From Dehalococcoidia bacterium (lineage in GTDB: Bacteria; Chloroflexota; Dehalococcoidia; DSTF01; RBG-16-68-14), in assembly GCA_040882355.1 (NCBI GenBank), contig JBBEBM010000057.1, forward strand, positions 6,823 through 70,822: a stretch of DNA of 64,000 bases, in the 5' to 3' direction. Position 1 is the first letter of the stretch; each line of letters opens with the position of its first letter. Of this stretch, positions 9,403 to 18,862 are shown one piece after another. The notes beneath the pieces are model-generated. The model had not been told where the DNA came from and made no database searches. It saw only the letters and a program-made list of their open reading frames with translations. A program made the position numbers and the translations under genes.

Positions 9403-10296
9403 TTAGGAGACGATGCTGCGAAAGCGACGCGTCGCGAGCGTGAGCGTGACGGCGGCCAGGCCGCCGAGGATCGCGAGCGCCTGGAGCATGACGATGCCCA
9501 CGCTGTCGCCGCCCGCCGCGGCGGGGCCGTTCAGCAGGACGCGCATCGCCTCGATCGTGTAGGTGACGGGGTTGAGGTGGGCGACCGTTTGCATCCACTG
9601 CGGCAGCAGCTCGATGGGGAGCTGGGCGGAGCTGGTGAAGAGCAGCGGCAGCGTGAGGAAGTTGCCGATGATGAAGGTCGCCTCGGTGCTCCGCGTGGCC
9701 AATGCGATGTAGACGTTGAGCCCGGCCAGCACCAGCGCGAAGAGCAGCGCGATGGCTATCGCCCCCAGGACGCCGGCGATGTTGTAGTAGAACGAGACCT
9801 CGGGCGTCTGGAAGCGGCCGATCCCCCAGCCGATGCCGACGACGAGCACCGTCTGGATCGCCATACGCGTCATATCGCCGAGCAGCCGGCCGAGGAGGAT
9901 GGCGAGGCGATTGATCGGCGTCGTGAGCAGCTTATCCAGGAAGCCGCTATCGATGTCGGTGATCATGCCCACGCCCGACTGGCCAGCGCCGAACAGGACC
10001 GACTGCAGCATCACGGTCGGGATGAAGAACTGCAGATAGCTGACGTTCCCGAAGTCGTCGGCGGCGCCGGGAAAGCGCACGATGCGGGCGAACATCTGGC
10101 CAAAGAGGACGAGCCAGATCAGCGGCTGAACGAGCGAGAAGAAGACGACCGTGGACTGTCGCGACAGGCGCTTGATCTGGCGGACATAGAGCGTCTGCGT
10201 CTCGCTCCAGAGCTTGGGCAGGCCGCGAGGCATCGCCTCGAGCGTGACGAGGCTGCCTGCGTGCGGCGAAACGACGGGCTTGTCGGCGACTTCCAC
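9403..10296 (-). CDS. ABC-2 type transporter permease
   Basis: 297 aa with about 6 TM segments and the ABC-2 family pattern. Lies directly downstream of its ATPase gene. Confidence 0.9.
   Translation of the reverse strand: MEVADKPVVSPHAGSLVTLEAMPRGLPKLWSETQTLYVRQIKRLSRQSTVVFFSLVQPLIWLVLFGQMFARIVRFPGAADDFGNVSYLQFFIPTVMLQSVLFGAGQSGVGMITDIDSGFLDKLLTTPINRLAILLGRLLGDMTRMAIQTVLVVGIGWGIGRFQTPEVSFYYNIAGVLGAIAIALLFALVLAGLNVYIALATRSTEATFIIGNFLTLPLLFTSSAQLPIELLPQWMQTVAHLNPVTYTIEAMRVLLNGPAAAGGDSVGIVMLQALAILGGLAAVTLTLATRRFRSIVS
9405..9463. repeat. 59-bp direct repeat: functional copy, 3' end of the ABC-2 permease
   Basis: Partner of 8369-8427. Confidence 0.85.
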
Positions 10297-10302
10297 CGAC
10301 GG

Positions 10303-11340
10303 TCAGCCCCGGCGCGGCCGGCCAGGGCCCGGCCGCATGAACATCATCCGCTGGTTGCGCCAGTTCTGGACAGGCGCGTCCTCGCGGATGCGCTCGCCCG
10401 TGTACTTGAGGAAGACGTCGTCCAGCGTGGGGCTGGTGAGGGTGAGGTCGTCGACGTAGATCTCCGCCTCGTCCAGGGCGCGCAGGATCTTGGGCAGGGC
10501 GCGGCCGCCTTCGTGCGCGGTGAGCACGAGCTTGCCATCGTCCTGGTTGATCGCCCCGACGAACTGCAGCGGCCGGAGCACCTCGGCGGCGCGCGTGCGC
10601 TGCGCGCTCGTCTGCGTCTCGTCGCCGCGGAACGCCAGGCTGATCACGTCGCCGCCCAGCTCCGCCTTCAGCTCGGTCGGGCTGCCGCTCGCGATGATCC
10701 GCCCGTGGTCGATGATCGCGAGGCGGTCGCAGAGCTTGTCGGCCTCCTCCAGGTAGTGTGTGGTGAGGAAGAGCGTGAGCCCCTCACGCTTGTTCAGGTC
10801 CTCCAGGTAGCTCCAGATGCCCGCGCGGTTCTGCGGGTCGAGGCCTGTCGTCGGCTCATCAAGGAAGAGGAGCTGCGGCCGGTGGATCAGGCCCGTCGCG
10901 AGGTCGAGCCGCTTGCGCATGCCGCCCGAATATGAGCCGGCCATGCGATCGGCATCGGCCTCCAGGTCGACCAGCTCGAGGAGCTCATCGATGCGCCGAC
11001 GGAGCAGGCCCCGGTCCATGTGGTAGAGCTGGCCTTGAAGCATCAGGTTCTCGCGCCCGCTCAGCTCGTCGTCGACGCCGACCTCTTGGGCTGTGTAGCC
11101 GATCAGCACGCGGATCGTGTCCGGGTCCGCGTTGATGTCGTAGCCGAAGACGCGGGCGCGGCCGGCGGTGGCGGCGAGGAGCGTGATCAGAATCTTGATC
11201 GTCGTCGACTTGCCGGCGCCGTTCGGCCCGAGAAAGCCGAAGAACTCACCCTGCTCCACGTTGAAGGAGATGCCGCGCAGCGCTTCGGCGCCATCCGGAT
11301 ACGTCTTGTGGAGGTCTTCGACTTCGACGACGGGGCTCAT
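10303..11340 (-). CDS. ABC transporter ATP-binding protein (DrrA-like)
   Basis: Walker A GPNGAGKST, signature YSGGMRKRL, Walker B LLFLDEPTTGLD, H-loop TTHYLEEA. Confidence 0.95.
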   Translation of the reverse strand: MSPVVEVEDLHKTYPDGAEALRGISFNVEQGEFFGFLGPNGAGKSTTIKILITLLAATAGRARVFGYDINADPDTIRVLIGYTAQEVGVDDELSGRENLMLQGQLYHMDRGLLRRRIDELLELVDLEADADRMAGSYSGGMRKRLDLATGLIHRPQLLFLDEPTTGLDPQNRAGIWSYLEDLNKREGLTLFLTTHYLEEADKLCDRLAIIDHGRIIASGSPTELKAELGGDVISLAFRGDETQTSAQRTRAAEVLRPLQFVGAINQDDGKLVLTAHEGGRALPKILRALDEAEIYVDDLTLTSPTLDDVFLKYTGERIREDAPVQNWRNQRMMFMRPGPGRPRRG

Positions 11341-11425
11341 GGACGGGCGACGCGCAGGTCATCGCCGCCGAGGCGCGCGGCCCGGCGAAGCGGACGAAGG
11401 CGGGGGACTGAATGCATCGGAAGGG

Positions 11426-12670
11426 CTAGAAGCTGCCTTCCTTAGGCGGCTCGAGGTGGTGGCCGAGCTTCGTCCGCTTCGTCTCCAGGTAGCGGATGTT
11501 GTGCTCGTTCGGCTGGATGACGATGGGAACCCGTTCGACCATGCGCAGGCCGAAACCTTCCAGACCGGCGCGCTTCGCCGGATTGTTCGTGAGAATGCGA
11601 ACGTCGCTCAGGCCCAGGTCGACCAGGATCTGCATGCCGATGCCGTAGTCACGCCGGTCGGCGGGGAAGCCCAGCGCCTCGTTCGCCTCAACGGTGTCGA
11701 GGCCCGTGTCCTGCAGCGCGTAGGCCCGCAGCTTGTTGTGGAAGCCGATGCCCCGGCCCTCCTGGCGCATGTAGACGATCACGCCGCTGCCGGCGTTCGC
11801 TATCATCTGCATCGAAGCCCTGAGCTGCTCCCCGCAGTCGCAACGCTGGCTGCCGAAGACATCGCCCGTGAGGCACTGGCTGTGCACGCGCACCAGCGTC
11901 GGTTCGCGGTCCGAGACGTCGCCCAGCACCAGCGCCACATGTTCGTCCGCATCGATCGGGCTGCGGTAGGCGACCGCCCGCCACTCGCCGAACTCGGTCG
12001 GCAGCACCGTCTCGGCCACGCGTTGCACCAGCTTCTCCTTCTCCATCCGGTAGGCGATGAGCTGGTCAACGCTGATGATCTTGAGCTTGTGGCGGCCGGC
12101 GAAGCGCTTCAGGTCGGGCAGACGGGCCATGGTGCCGTCCGCCTTCATGATCTCGCAGAGGACGCCGGCCGGGTACAGCCCGGCGAGCTTGCAGAGGTCG
12201 ACGACGGCCTCGGTCTGGCCAGCCCGTACTAGGACGCCGCCGTCGCGCGCGCGCAGCGGAAACGTGTGACCGGGCATCACGAGGTCTTCAGGTCGCGTCT
12301 TCGGGTCGATCAGCACCTGCACGGTGCGGGCGCGGTCGGCCGCCGAGATACCGGTGCTGACGCCGGAGCGCGCCTCCACCGAGACCGTAAACGGCGTGCC
12401 GAAGTGCGAGTCGTTGCGGCCGACCATCATCGGGATGCCCAGCCGGTCGACCCGCTCCGCCGTCATCGGCATGCAGATCAGCCCACGGCCGTACTTGGCC
12501 ATGAAGTTGATCGCCTCGGCGTCGACGAACTGGGCGGGCAGGCAGAGGTCGCCCTCGTTCTCGCGCTCCTGGTCGTCGATGATGATCACGAAGCGGCCGT
12601 GGCGATAGTCCTCGATCGCTTCTTCGACTGTCGCCAGGCCCTTCTCAGGCCGCTCGCTCTTGGCTTTCAT
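11426..12670 (-). CDS. ribBA: Bifunctional 3,4-dihydroxy-2-butanone-4-phosphate synthase / GTP cyclohydrolase II
   Basis: Motifs [18 protein letters not shown] and [19 protein letters not shown]...EGRGIG. Confidence 0.95.
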   Translation of the reverse strand: MKAKSERPEKGLATVEEAIEDYRHGRFVIIIDDQERENEGDLCLPAQFVDAEAINFMAKYGRGLICMPMTAERVDRLGIPMMVGRNDSHFGTPFTVSVEARSGVSTGISAADRARTVQVLIDPKTRPEDLVMPGHTFPLRARDGGVLVRAGQTEAVVDLCKLAGLYPAGVLCEIMKADGTMARLPDLKRFAGRHKLKIISVDQLIAYRMEKEKLVQRVAETVLPTEFGEWRAVAYRSPIDADEHVALVLGDVSDREPTLVRVHSQCLTGDVFGSQRCDCGEQLRASMQMIANAGSGVIVYMRQEGRGIGFHNKLRAYALQDTGLDTVEANEALGFPADRRDYGIGMQILVDLGLSDVRILTNNPAKRAGLEGFGLRMVERVPIVIQPNEHNIRYLETKRTKLGHHLEPPKEGSF

Positions 12671-12713
12671 TGCGTCCCCCTTGCGGTGCCCGCCCTGGTG
12701 AGTCGAGCCCGCA

Positions 12714-13304
12714 CTACTGGGTAGCCAGACGTTCCTCTAGCAGTTGCTCGACATACCGCGCCAGGATGTCCGATTCCAAGTTTACCCGATCGCCGGGGCG
12801 CCTGCGAGTGAGGTTGGTGTGCTCCTGCGTGAACTGGACCAGCGAAACGGCCAGGCTGTTCGGTGTCTTGTCGATCACGGTCAGGCTCGCGCCGTCGATG
12901 GTGATCGGGCCCTTGACGATGACGTAGCGGAGGATCTCGGGCGGCGCGTGGTAGCGGGCAATGATCGCGTCGCCCTCCCGCGTGAACGATTCGAGCGTGC
13001 CGGTGTGCTCGACGACGCCGCGCACCAGGTGCCCGCCGATGCGCTGCGCGAGCGTCATCGCGCGCTCCAGGTTGACGACAGCGCCTGGCTGGAGGTCGCT
13101 CAAGTTCGTACGCCGGTAGCTCTCCGGCATCACGTTGGAGTGGAAGCCGGTCTCCTCCAGGTAGGTGCAGGTGAGATCACAACCGTTCACGGCGATGCTG
13201 TCGCCGAGGTTGGTGCCCCAGAGCACCTTCGCGGCGTTGATGATCAGCCGGCCCTCTTCCGCCTCGCGGACCGTGCCCAGCTCTTCGATGATGCCGGTGA
13301 ACAT
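12714..13304 (-). CDS. ribE: Riboflavin synthase alpha subunit
   Basis: [12 protein letters not shown]...[12 protein letters not shown]...GASLTV internal duplication pattern. Confidence 0.95.
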   Translation of the reverse strand: MFTGIIEELGTVREAEEGRLIINAAKVLWGTNLGDSIAVNGCDLTCTYLEETGFHSNVMPESYRRTNLSDLQPGAVVNLERAMTLAQRIGGHLVRGVVEHTGTLESFTREGDAIIARYHAPPEILRYVIVKGPITIDGASLTVIDKTPNSLAVSLVQFTQEHTNLTRRRPGDRVNLESDILARYVEQLLEERLATQ

Positions 13305-13358
13305 GCGTCAGTATACCCTGTCACGCGCACGACATCTGCCCTACAATGGAGCGCCAAC

Positions 13359-14591
13359 ATGCCCGCCGCGCGACAACAGCCCAAGCCGGCTCACCAGCTC
13401 AGCGCCGACGAGGCGCGCCTGCTGGCCGTGCAGGCGCAGGGCCTGACGGGCGCGGTCAAGAAAGGGCACGGCGTGCCTGAACTGCTGCGCCACGTCGGCG
13501 CGGTGCAGCTCGACACCATCTCCGTACTCGCGCGCTCACACGAGTTGGTCGCCTATGCCCGCCTCGGCGCGGTCGGGCGCCAGGCGGTGGAGCAGGCGTA
13601 CTGGGGCGAGCCGGCGCGCGCGTTCGAATACTATGCGCACGCAGGCTGCATCTTGCCGATTGAGATGTGGCCGCACTTTGCGTTCCGGCGCGAGCAGCTC
13701 GGCCAGCACATCGTCCCGGACCACGCCGCAAGCAAGAAGATGCTCAACGAGGTGCAAGCGCGGCTGAGGGACGGGCCCGTCACGGCGACCGACCTGGGCG
13801 GCGCGCGCAAGAGCGCCGCGGGGTGGTGGAACTGGTCGGATGCGAAGCGCGCGCTCGAGGTCCTGTACCGGCGCGGCGAGGCGATCTGCGTCACGCGGCG
13901 CAACTGGAAGCGCGTCTACGACCTGCCGAAGCGCGTTCTGCCGCAGGAGCTGCTGCACAAGGAGTACTCGGCGGAAGAGAGCTATCGACATCTCACTCGC
14001 GCTGCCGGGAAGGCGCTGGGCGTCGGCACGGCACGCGACATCGCCGGGTATTATCACCTGCTGACGCCCTACATGGCGCGGACGCTCGATCGAAAGCGCC
14101 TGCTCGCCGATGCGCTCGCCGAGAGTGGGCTCGTGCCGGTTGAAGTCGAAGGCTGGAAAGAGGCCGCGTTCGCTGATCCCGCAGCGATGAAGGCCCGCGC
14201 GCCGCGCGGCTACCGCACGACGCTCCTTTCGCCTTTCGATTCGTTGGTCTGGGCCGACCCTCCGCCGCCCGGCGAGGCGCCGCGCGAACGCACGAGGCGA
14301 TTGTTCGGCTACGACATGACGCTCGAGGTGTACCTGCCGAAGGCGAAACGCGTACACGGCTACTTCACGATGCCGCTACTCGCGGAGGGCCGTCTCGTCG
14401 GGCACGTCGATCCTGCCCGCGAGGGCCGAACGCTGGTGGCGCGGCGCGTCTCCCTCGACGACGCGTCTGCCGTCGATGCAATGGCGTCCGCGCTACGCGA
14501 GGCGGCGACGTGGGTCGGCTGCGACGATGTTCGGGTCGAGCAGGCCGAGCCGCGCGGCGTGGCGAAGGCGCTGCGTAAGGCTGTGAGGTAG
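13359..14591 (+). CDS. YcaQ-like winged-helix DNA glycosylase family protein (HTH_42/DUF1006)
   Basis: In-frame ATG at 13359. The N-terminus ARLLAVQAQGL and the GAVQLDTISVLARSHELVAYARL (Q-x-D) motif are typical of the YcaQ/AlkZ family. The gene lies on the opposite strand between ribD and ribE. Confidence 0.75.
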   Translation: MPAARQQPKPAHQLSADEARLLAVQAQGLTGAVKKGHGVPELLRHVGAVQLDTISVLARSHELVAYARLGAVGRQAVEQAYWGEPARAFEYYAHAGCILPIEMWPHFAFRREQLGQHIVPDHAASKKMLNEVQARLRDGPVTATDLGGARKSAAGWWNWSDAKRALEVLYRRGEAICVTRRNWKRVYDLPKRVLPQELLHKEYSAEESYRHLTRAAGKALGVGTARDIAGYYHLLTPYMARTLDRKRLLADALAESGLVPVEVEGWKEAAFADPAAMKARAPRGYRTTLLSPFDSLVWADPPPPGEAPRERTRRLFGYDMTLEVYLPKAKRVHGYFTMPLLAEGRLVGHVDPAREGRTLVARRVSLDDASAVDAMASALREAATWVGCDDVRVEQAEPRGVAKALRKAVR

Positions 14592-14600
14592 GCGGAGCGC

Positions 14601-15692
14601 CTAGCTCACGTAGCCCGCTACAAGCAGATCGTCGCCCAGGTGGTCGACCGCCACGTCCCGCAGTCGGAGCGCGTCCGCCATTCGTGTCGCGCCCTGGCCA
14701 GCGACGGCGGTGGGCGCGGTCGCGCCACCGATGATCATCGGCGCGACGACGGCGTGCACTTTGTCGACGAGGCGCTGGTCGAAGAACGAGCCGAGCAGCA
14801 CGCCGCCGCCCTCGATGAGCAGGGTCAGCACGTCGGACTTGCCGAGCAACGCCAGCAGCGCCGGCAAATCGACGCGGCCCGCCTGGTTCGCGGGCAGCAC
14901 GGCGAGCTGCGCGCCCGCCGCCTCCATCTCGGCCCTCCAGGCTTCGCTCGATGCCTCAGTGGTGGCGACGAGGGTCTTCGTGCCACAGGCGAGGGCCTTC
15001 GCGTCGCGCGGCGTCCGTCCGCGCGAGTCGATCACCACGCGCAGTGGCTGGCGCTCGGCGACGCGACCCTCCGGGCGAGCCGTGAGCTGCGGGTCGTCCA
15101 CCAGCACGGTGTTCACCCCGACGGCGATGGCGTCGATGCGCGTTCGCAGCTCGTGCGACCAGGCGAGCGTCTGCGGCCCGCTCACCCAGCGCGAGTCGCC
15201 GCTGGTGGCCGCGATCTTGCCGTCGAGGCTGGCGGCGAACTTCGCGACGACGAAGGGCAGGCCGGTCGCGCGGTGCTTCAGGTACGCCTCGTTGATCCGG
15301 CGCGCCTCCGCCTCGCCCTCACCCACGACGACGCGGACGCCTGCGGCTTCGAGCTTCGCCCGGCCCTGCCCCGAGACGCGCGGGTCGGGGTCGAGGTGCG
15401 GAAAGCGCACCTCCGCGGCCCCGGCGGCGAGGACCGCCTCCACACACGGAGGTGTGCGACCGTGATGGCTGCAGGGCTCGAGGGTGACATAGAGTGTTGC
15501 GCCGCGGGCGGCCGCGCGGGCGGCCGCCAGGGCGGCCGCCTCGCCGTGCGGCGAGCCGGGGCCGCGATGCGCCCCTTCGCCGACGACTCGACCGTCGCGA
15601 ACGACGACGGCGCCTACCGTGGGGTTCGGACTCGTGCGCCCGGCCTGCTCACGGGCGAGGTCGAGCGCGCGCGCCATGTAGCCGGCGTTCAC
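14601..15692 (-). CDS. ribD: Bifunctional riboflavin biosynthesis deaminase/reductase
   Basis: Deaminase motif HGEAAAL...TLEPCSHHGRTPPC, plus a C-terminal reductase domain. Confidence 0.95.
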   Translation of the reverse strand: MNAGYMARALDLAREQAGRTSPNPTVGAVVVRDGRVVGEGAHRGPGSPHGEAAALAAARAAARGATLYVTLEPCSHHGRTPPCVEAVLAAGAAEVRFPHLDPDPRVSGQGRAKLEAAGVRVVVGEGEAEARRINEAYLKHRATGLPFVVAKFAASLDGKIAATSGDSRWVSGPQTLAWSHELRTRIDAIAVGVNTVLVDDPQLTARPEGRVAERQPLRVVIDSRGRTPRDAKALACGTKTLVATTEASSEAWRAEMEAAGAQLAVLPANQAGRVDLPALLALLGKSDVLTLLIEGGGVLLGSFFDQRLVDKVHAVVAPMIIGGATAPTAVAGQGATRMADALRLRDVAVDHLGDDLLVAGYVS

Positions 15693-16354
15693 GCCTCGCC
15701 GTCCTTCCCTTCGACAGGCTCAGGACGGGGCTCAATGAAGAGGCCGGCCTGCATACCCTGGTGCAGGCCTTCCTCCTCCAGCTCGTCGTCCAGCTCCTCC
15801 CAGATGCCGCTGGCGAGCGGCCCGCCCTGGCCCTGGTACTTGGTCTTGCCCGAACCGTAGGGCCGCTCGACGGGCGACGACATGCGCTCGAACGTGAAAC
15901 AGCAGATGCGCATGCGCGGGTAGAGCGCGACCGGCATCACGCCCAGGTTACCCAGCTCCATCGTCGCGGTGCCGTCCCAGCCCGGGTGGAAGACGCTGGC
16001 CGTGCTGTGCACGATGATCCCCAGCCGGCCCAGGCTGCTCCGGCCTTCGAGCCGGCCGAGCAGGTCGTCCGGCAGCGTGAGCCGCTCCAGCGTGGTGGCG
16101 AGCACCAGCTCGTGCGGGTGGATGATGAACGGCTCGCCGGTCTTGACGACAACGGGGCGCGTCGTGCCTTTCGCTGTCTCCGCCCGACGCGGGTCGATGT
16201 AGGCCTGCTTGTTGCGCTCGAAGACGAGGAACGTGAAGCCGAGCCGCAGGTCCACGCCGTCCGGCCCGATCCGGCTGTCCAGCCCATCGGTGGGCATGAT
16301 CTTGATCCGGCCCTCCTTCAGGGACTGGCGGATGTCGCGGTCGGACAGGATCAC
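15689..16354 (-). CDS. dcd: dCTP deaminase with acidic C-terminal extension
   Basis: GTG start. MILSDRDIRQ...IDPRR...GRSSLGRLGI pattern. Overlaps the ribD start by 4 nt. Confidence 0.9.
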   Translation of the reverse strand: MILSDRDIRQSLKEGRIKIMPTDGLDSRIGPDGVDLRLGFTFLVFERNKQAYIDPRRAETAKGTTRPVVVKTGEPFIIHPHELVLATTLERLTLPDDLLGRLEGRSSLGRLGIIVHSTASVFHPGWDGTATMELGNLGVMPVALYPRMRICCFTFERMSSPVERPYGSGKTKYQGQGGPLASGIWEELDDELEEEGLHQGMQAGLFIEPRPEPVEGKDGEA

Positions 16355-16401
16355 GGGGCTCGGCGCTCCAGGGCGTTCGATGTGGGGGTCATGAGCGCTT
16401 C

Positions 16402-16444
16402 ATTCTAGCATGGCCGGAATCGCAGCCGAAGCCCATGCTATAAA
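16402..16444. promoter_or_regulatory. Mirror-image divergent extended -10 elements (dcd/ribD to the left, MFS to the right)
   Basis: Minus strand: CCATGCTAGAAT, with -10 at 16402-16407. Plus strand: CCATGCTATAAA, with -10 at 16439-16444, only 8 nt before the ATG at 16453. That spacing implies a leaderless or near-leaderless mRNA. Confidence 0.4.
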
Positions 16445-16452
16445 GCGACGAT

Positions 16453-17730
16453 ATGCGCACGCGACCGACGAGCCTGGTGGCCTACATCGCGACGGTGCAC
16501 GGTCTGATCCACACCATCGAGATGACGTACGCCGCCCTCCTCTCGCGGATCGACGACGAGTTCGGCGCGGGGCTGTTCGTGCTGGGCATCGTCGCCAACG
16601 TGTTCGCGTTCGGCTTCGGCTTCAGCGCCCTCCCGTCCGGCTTCCTCGTCGACCGGCTCGGCAGCCAGCGCGTGCTCACGATCGCCTTCGGCCTCGCCGC
16701 CGTCGCCGCGCTCCTCGTCGCCACGTCGCCTAACACGGTGACGCTCGCCGTCTTCTTGGGCCTGCTCGGGCTCAGCATCGGCCTCTACCATCCGGCTGGC
16801 ATCTCCCTCATCGCGCAGGCCACCGCCGGACCCGAAGGCGGTCGCGGGCTGGCACTCGGCTGGCACGGCGTCGTGGGCAACCTGGGTGTCGCCGTGGCGC
16901 CGGTGCTCGCGATCGGCGTCGCCGAGGCGCTCGACTGGCGCTGGGCGTACGTGCTGCTGGCGATCCTCGCTCTGCTCGCCGCGCTCTCGCTGCGGCTCGT
17001 CCGGCTGCCGCGCGCCGGGCCGTTCGGCGTCGAGGTGCGAGACGTTGAATCGCCTGGCGAGCCCGCGCTACCCGAACGCGACGCGGCACCGCCCGCCACC
17101 GGCCTGCGTCCGTTCGCACCGCTGCTGTTGGTCTACGGCGTCTTCGTGCTGAACGGCTTCGTCTATCGAGGCAGCCTGACGTTCCTGCCGGTGCACATCG
17201 AGGACAACGTGAGCGTCTCGTGGTTCGGCCTGGACGAGGCGTGGCTGGCCGGCTCACTCACGACGCTGGCGCTGCTGGCGGGCGCAGTCGGGCAGCTCTT
17301 CGGCGGAGCGATGTCGGAGCGACACCGGCTGGAGCGGCTCGCGGTGCCGCTCACGTTCAGCATGCTGCCGTTCCTCCTCCTAATGGGGCTGACGACCGGC
17401 CTGCCGCTCGTGCTCTTCTCGGCGCTCTTCATCTTCGCGAACTTCAGCGGCCAGCCTGTCTACACCGGTCTCATCGCCGACTACTCGCCGGAGCGGGCGC
17501 TGGGCCGCAGCTATGGCATCCCATTCTTTGCGGCGTTCGGCATCGGCTCGGCGGCCGCATCGTTCGCGGGCTTCTTCGCCGACCGCTGGGGCACCGACGC
17601 CGTCTATCAAACGCTCGCCGGCTTCGTTCTCGTGACGCTGACGCTCTCGGTGGCGATCTGGCGCCTGAGCGAGCGTCGTGAGGCGCCGCCGCACCACGAG
17701 CCGTCCGCCGCCGCGTGGGGAGGCGAGTAG
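16453..17730 (+). CDS. MFS transporter
   Basis: 425 aa, about 12 TM segments, with the typical D-R-x-G-x-R-like loop (VDRLGSQR). Confidence 0.85.
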   Translation: MRTRPTSLVAYIATVHGLIHTIEMTYAALLSRIDDEFGAGLFVLGIVANVFAFGFGFSALPSGFLVDRLGSQRVLTIAFGLAAVAALLVATSPNTVTLAVFLGLLGLSIGLYHPAGISLIAQATAGPEGGRGLALGWHGVVGNLGVAVAPVLAIGVAEALDWRWAYVLLAILALLAALSLRLVRLPRAGPFGVEVRDVESPGEPALPERDAAPPATGLRPFAPLLLVYGVFVLNGFVYRGSLTFLPVHIEDNVSVSWFGLDEAWLAGSLTTLALLAGAVGQLFGGAMSERHRLERLAVPLTFSMLPFLLLMGLTTGLPLVLFSALFIFANFSGQPVYTGLIADYSPERALGRSYGIPFFAAFGIGSAAASFAGFFADRWGTDAVYQTLAGFVLVTLTLSVAIWRLSERREAPPHHEPSAAAWGGE

Positions 17731-17865
17731 GCCCTTCGCGAGATCGTCGCGCCCGATCTCTCGGGGACCTGTCGATCTGGCGGTCGCCGTTTCGTCGTAG
17801 AGATGAAGCGAGGTCGAAGCTGCTGGCCTCGCACCGAATGCGACCGAGAGAAAGGAGTCACCACG

Positions 17866-18291
17866 ATGCGATTCATCATGCTGATGCTACCGGAGGGGTA
17901 CGAGGACGCACCTCCGGGCGCCGTACCAGATGCCAAGGCGGTCGAGCCGATGATGGCCTACAACGAGGCGTTGCAGAAGGCGGGCGTGCTGCTGGCCCTG
18001 GACGGCCTCCACCCGCCGTCCATGGGCACCCGCGTTTCGTTCAAGGGAGGCACGGCCATGGTCACCGACGGCCCTTTCCCCGAAACGAAGGAGGTGGTAG
18101 GCGGCTACTGGATCATCGACGTGCCCTCGAAGGAGGAGGCGGTTGCCTGGGCCGCGCGCTGTCCTGGCTCGGACAGCGAGGTGATCGAGGTCCGCCAGAT
18201 CCAGGAGATGTCCGACTTTCCGCCCGATGTCCAGGAGGCGGCAGCAGGGTTTGACGAACTGCAGCGAAGGGCTGGTCAGCGCGGCACCTAA
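17866..18291 (+). CDS. YciI-family (DGPF domain) protein
   Basis: The ATG at 17866 follows a GAGAAAGGAG SD. Motifs VTDGPFPETKEVVGGYWIIDV and EEAVAWAARCP. Confidence 0.8.
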   Translation: MRFIMLMLPEGYEDAPPGAVPDAKAVEPMMAYNEALQKAGVLLALDGLHPPSMGTRVSFKGGTAMVTDGPFPETKEVVGGYWIIDVPSKEEAVAWAARCPGSDSEVIEVRQIQEMSDFPPDVQEAAAGFDELQRRAGQRGT

Positions 18292-18373
18292 CCGATCACC
18301 GCCTCGGCGCCGCCGACAGGCGGCGGCAGCACCATCTGTGGCTGAGAAAGGGCAGGACAGGATAGGATACTGC

Positions 18374-18862
18374 ATGCCCTTCAAAGTCACCGTCGAACGG
18401 AACACGCTGCGCTTCGCGGCGGCGCACTTCGCCACCTTCGAGGGCCGGTGCGAGCCGCTCCACGGCCACAACTACGCGGTGACGGTCGACGTGGAGGGTG
18501 AGCTGACGGAGGACTCATGGGTGATCGACTTCTCGGCGCTGAAGTCAATGGCCCGCGATCTCTGCAAGCAGCTCGACCACAAGTTCCTGCTCCAGCGCGA
18601 CAGCAAGGTGCTCGGGATCGACGAAGGGCCGAGCAACTGGAAGGTGCGCTTCCTGGAGCGCGGCTGGGTGTTCCCCAAGTCCGACGTGCTCCCGCTGCCC
18701 ATCGACAACACGACAGCGGAGCGGCTCGCCGAGTGGTTCGGGCGGCGCCTGCTCGAGCAGATTGCCGCTCGGGGCGCGACGAACGTCACGACGATCACCG
18801 TGGGTATCGAGGAGATGCCGGGCCAGGCGGGCTGGTGGAGCGGGTCGGTTGCTGGTAGCTAA
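18374..18862 (+). CDS. 6-pyruvoyl-tetrahydropterin / 6-carboxytetrahydropterin synthase family protein (QueD-like)
   Basis: The internal ATG at 18374 gives MPFKVTV...AAAHF...CEPLHGHNYAVTVDVEG..., the PTPS zinc-site pattern. Confidence 0.8.
   Translation: MPFKVTVERNTLRFAAAHFATFEGRCEPLHGHNYAVTVDVEGELTEDSWVIDFSALKSMARDLCKQLDHKFLLQRDSKVLGIDEGPSNWKVRFLERGWVFPKSDVLPLPIDNTTAERLAEWFGRRLLEQIAARGATNVTTITVGIEEMPGQAGWWSGSVAGS

Noticed and set aside
8428-9404. The inserted segment as an IS or MITE mobile element
   Set aside because: It has no transposase or integrase and no terminal inverted repeats. The flanking duplication is 59 bp of coding sequence rather than a short target-site duplication.
9577-10935. 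Long ORFs antisense or out of frame to recognised genes. Examples: 9577..10935, 11168..12232, 14640..15860, 22220..23587, 27038..28099, 35677..37023, 40311..42131, 52934..54070, 54104..55468, 60393..61589
   Set aside because: Their translations are Arg/Ala/Gly/Pro-rich low-complexity sequence with no motifs, and they fully overlap strongly supported genes. These are typical shadow ORFs of high-GC DNA.
15689-16354. The dcd C-terminal extension as evidence for a fused second enzyme
   Set aside because: The extra ~30 aa are acidic low-complexity sequence (EELDDELEEEG...) with no domain-like pattern.
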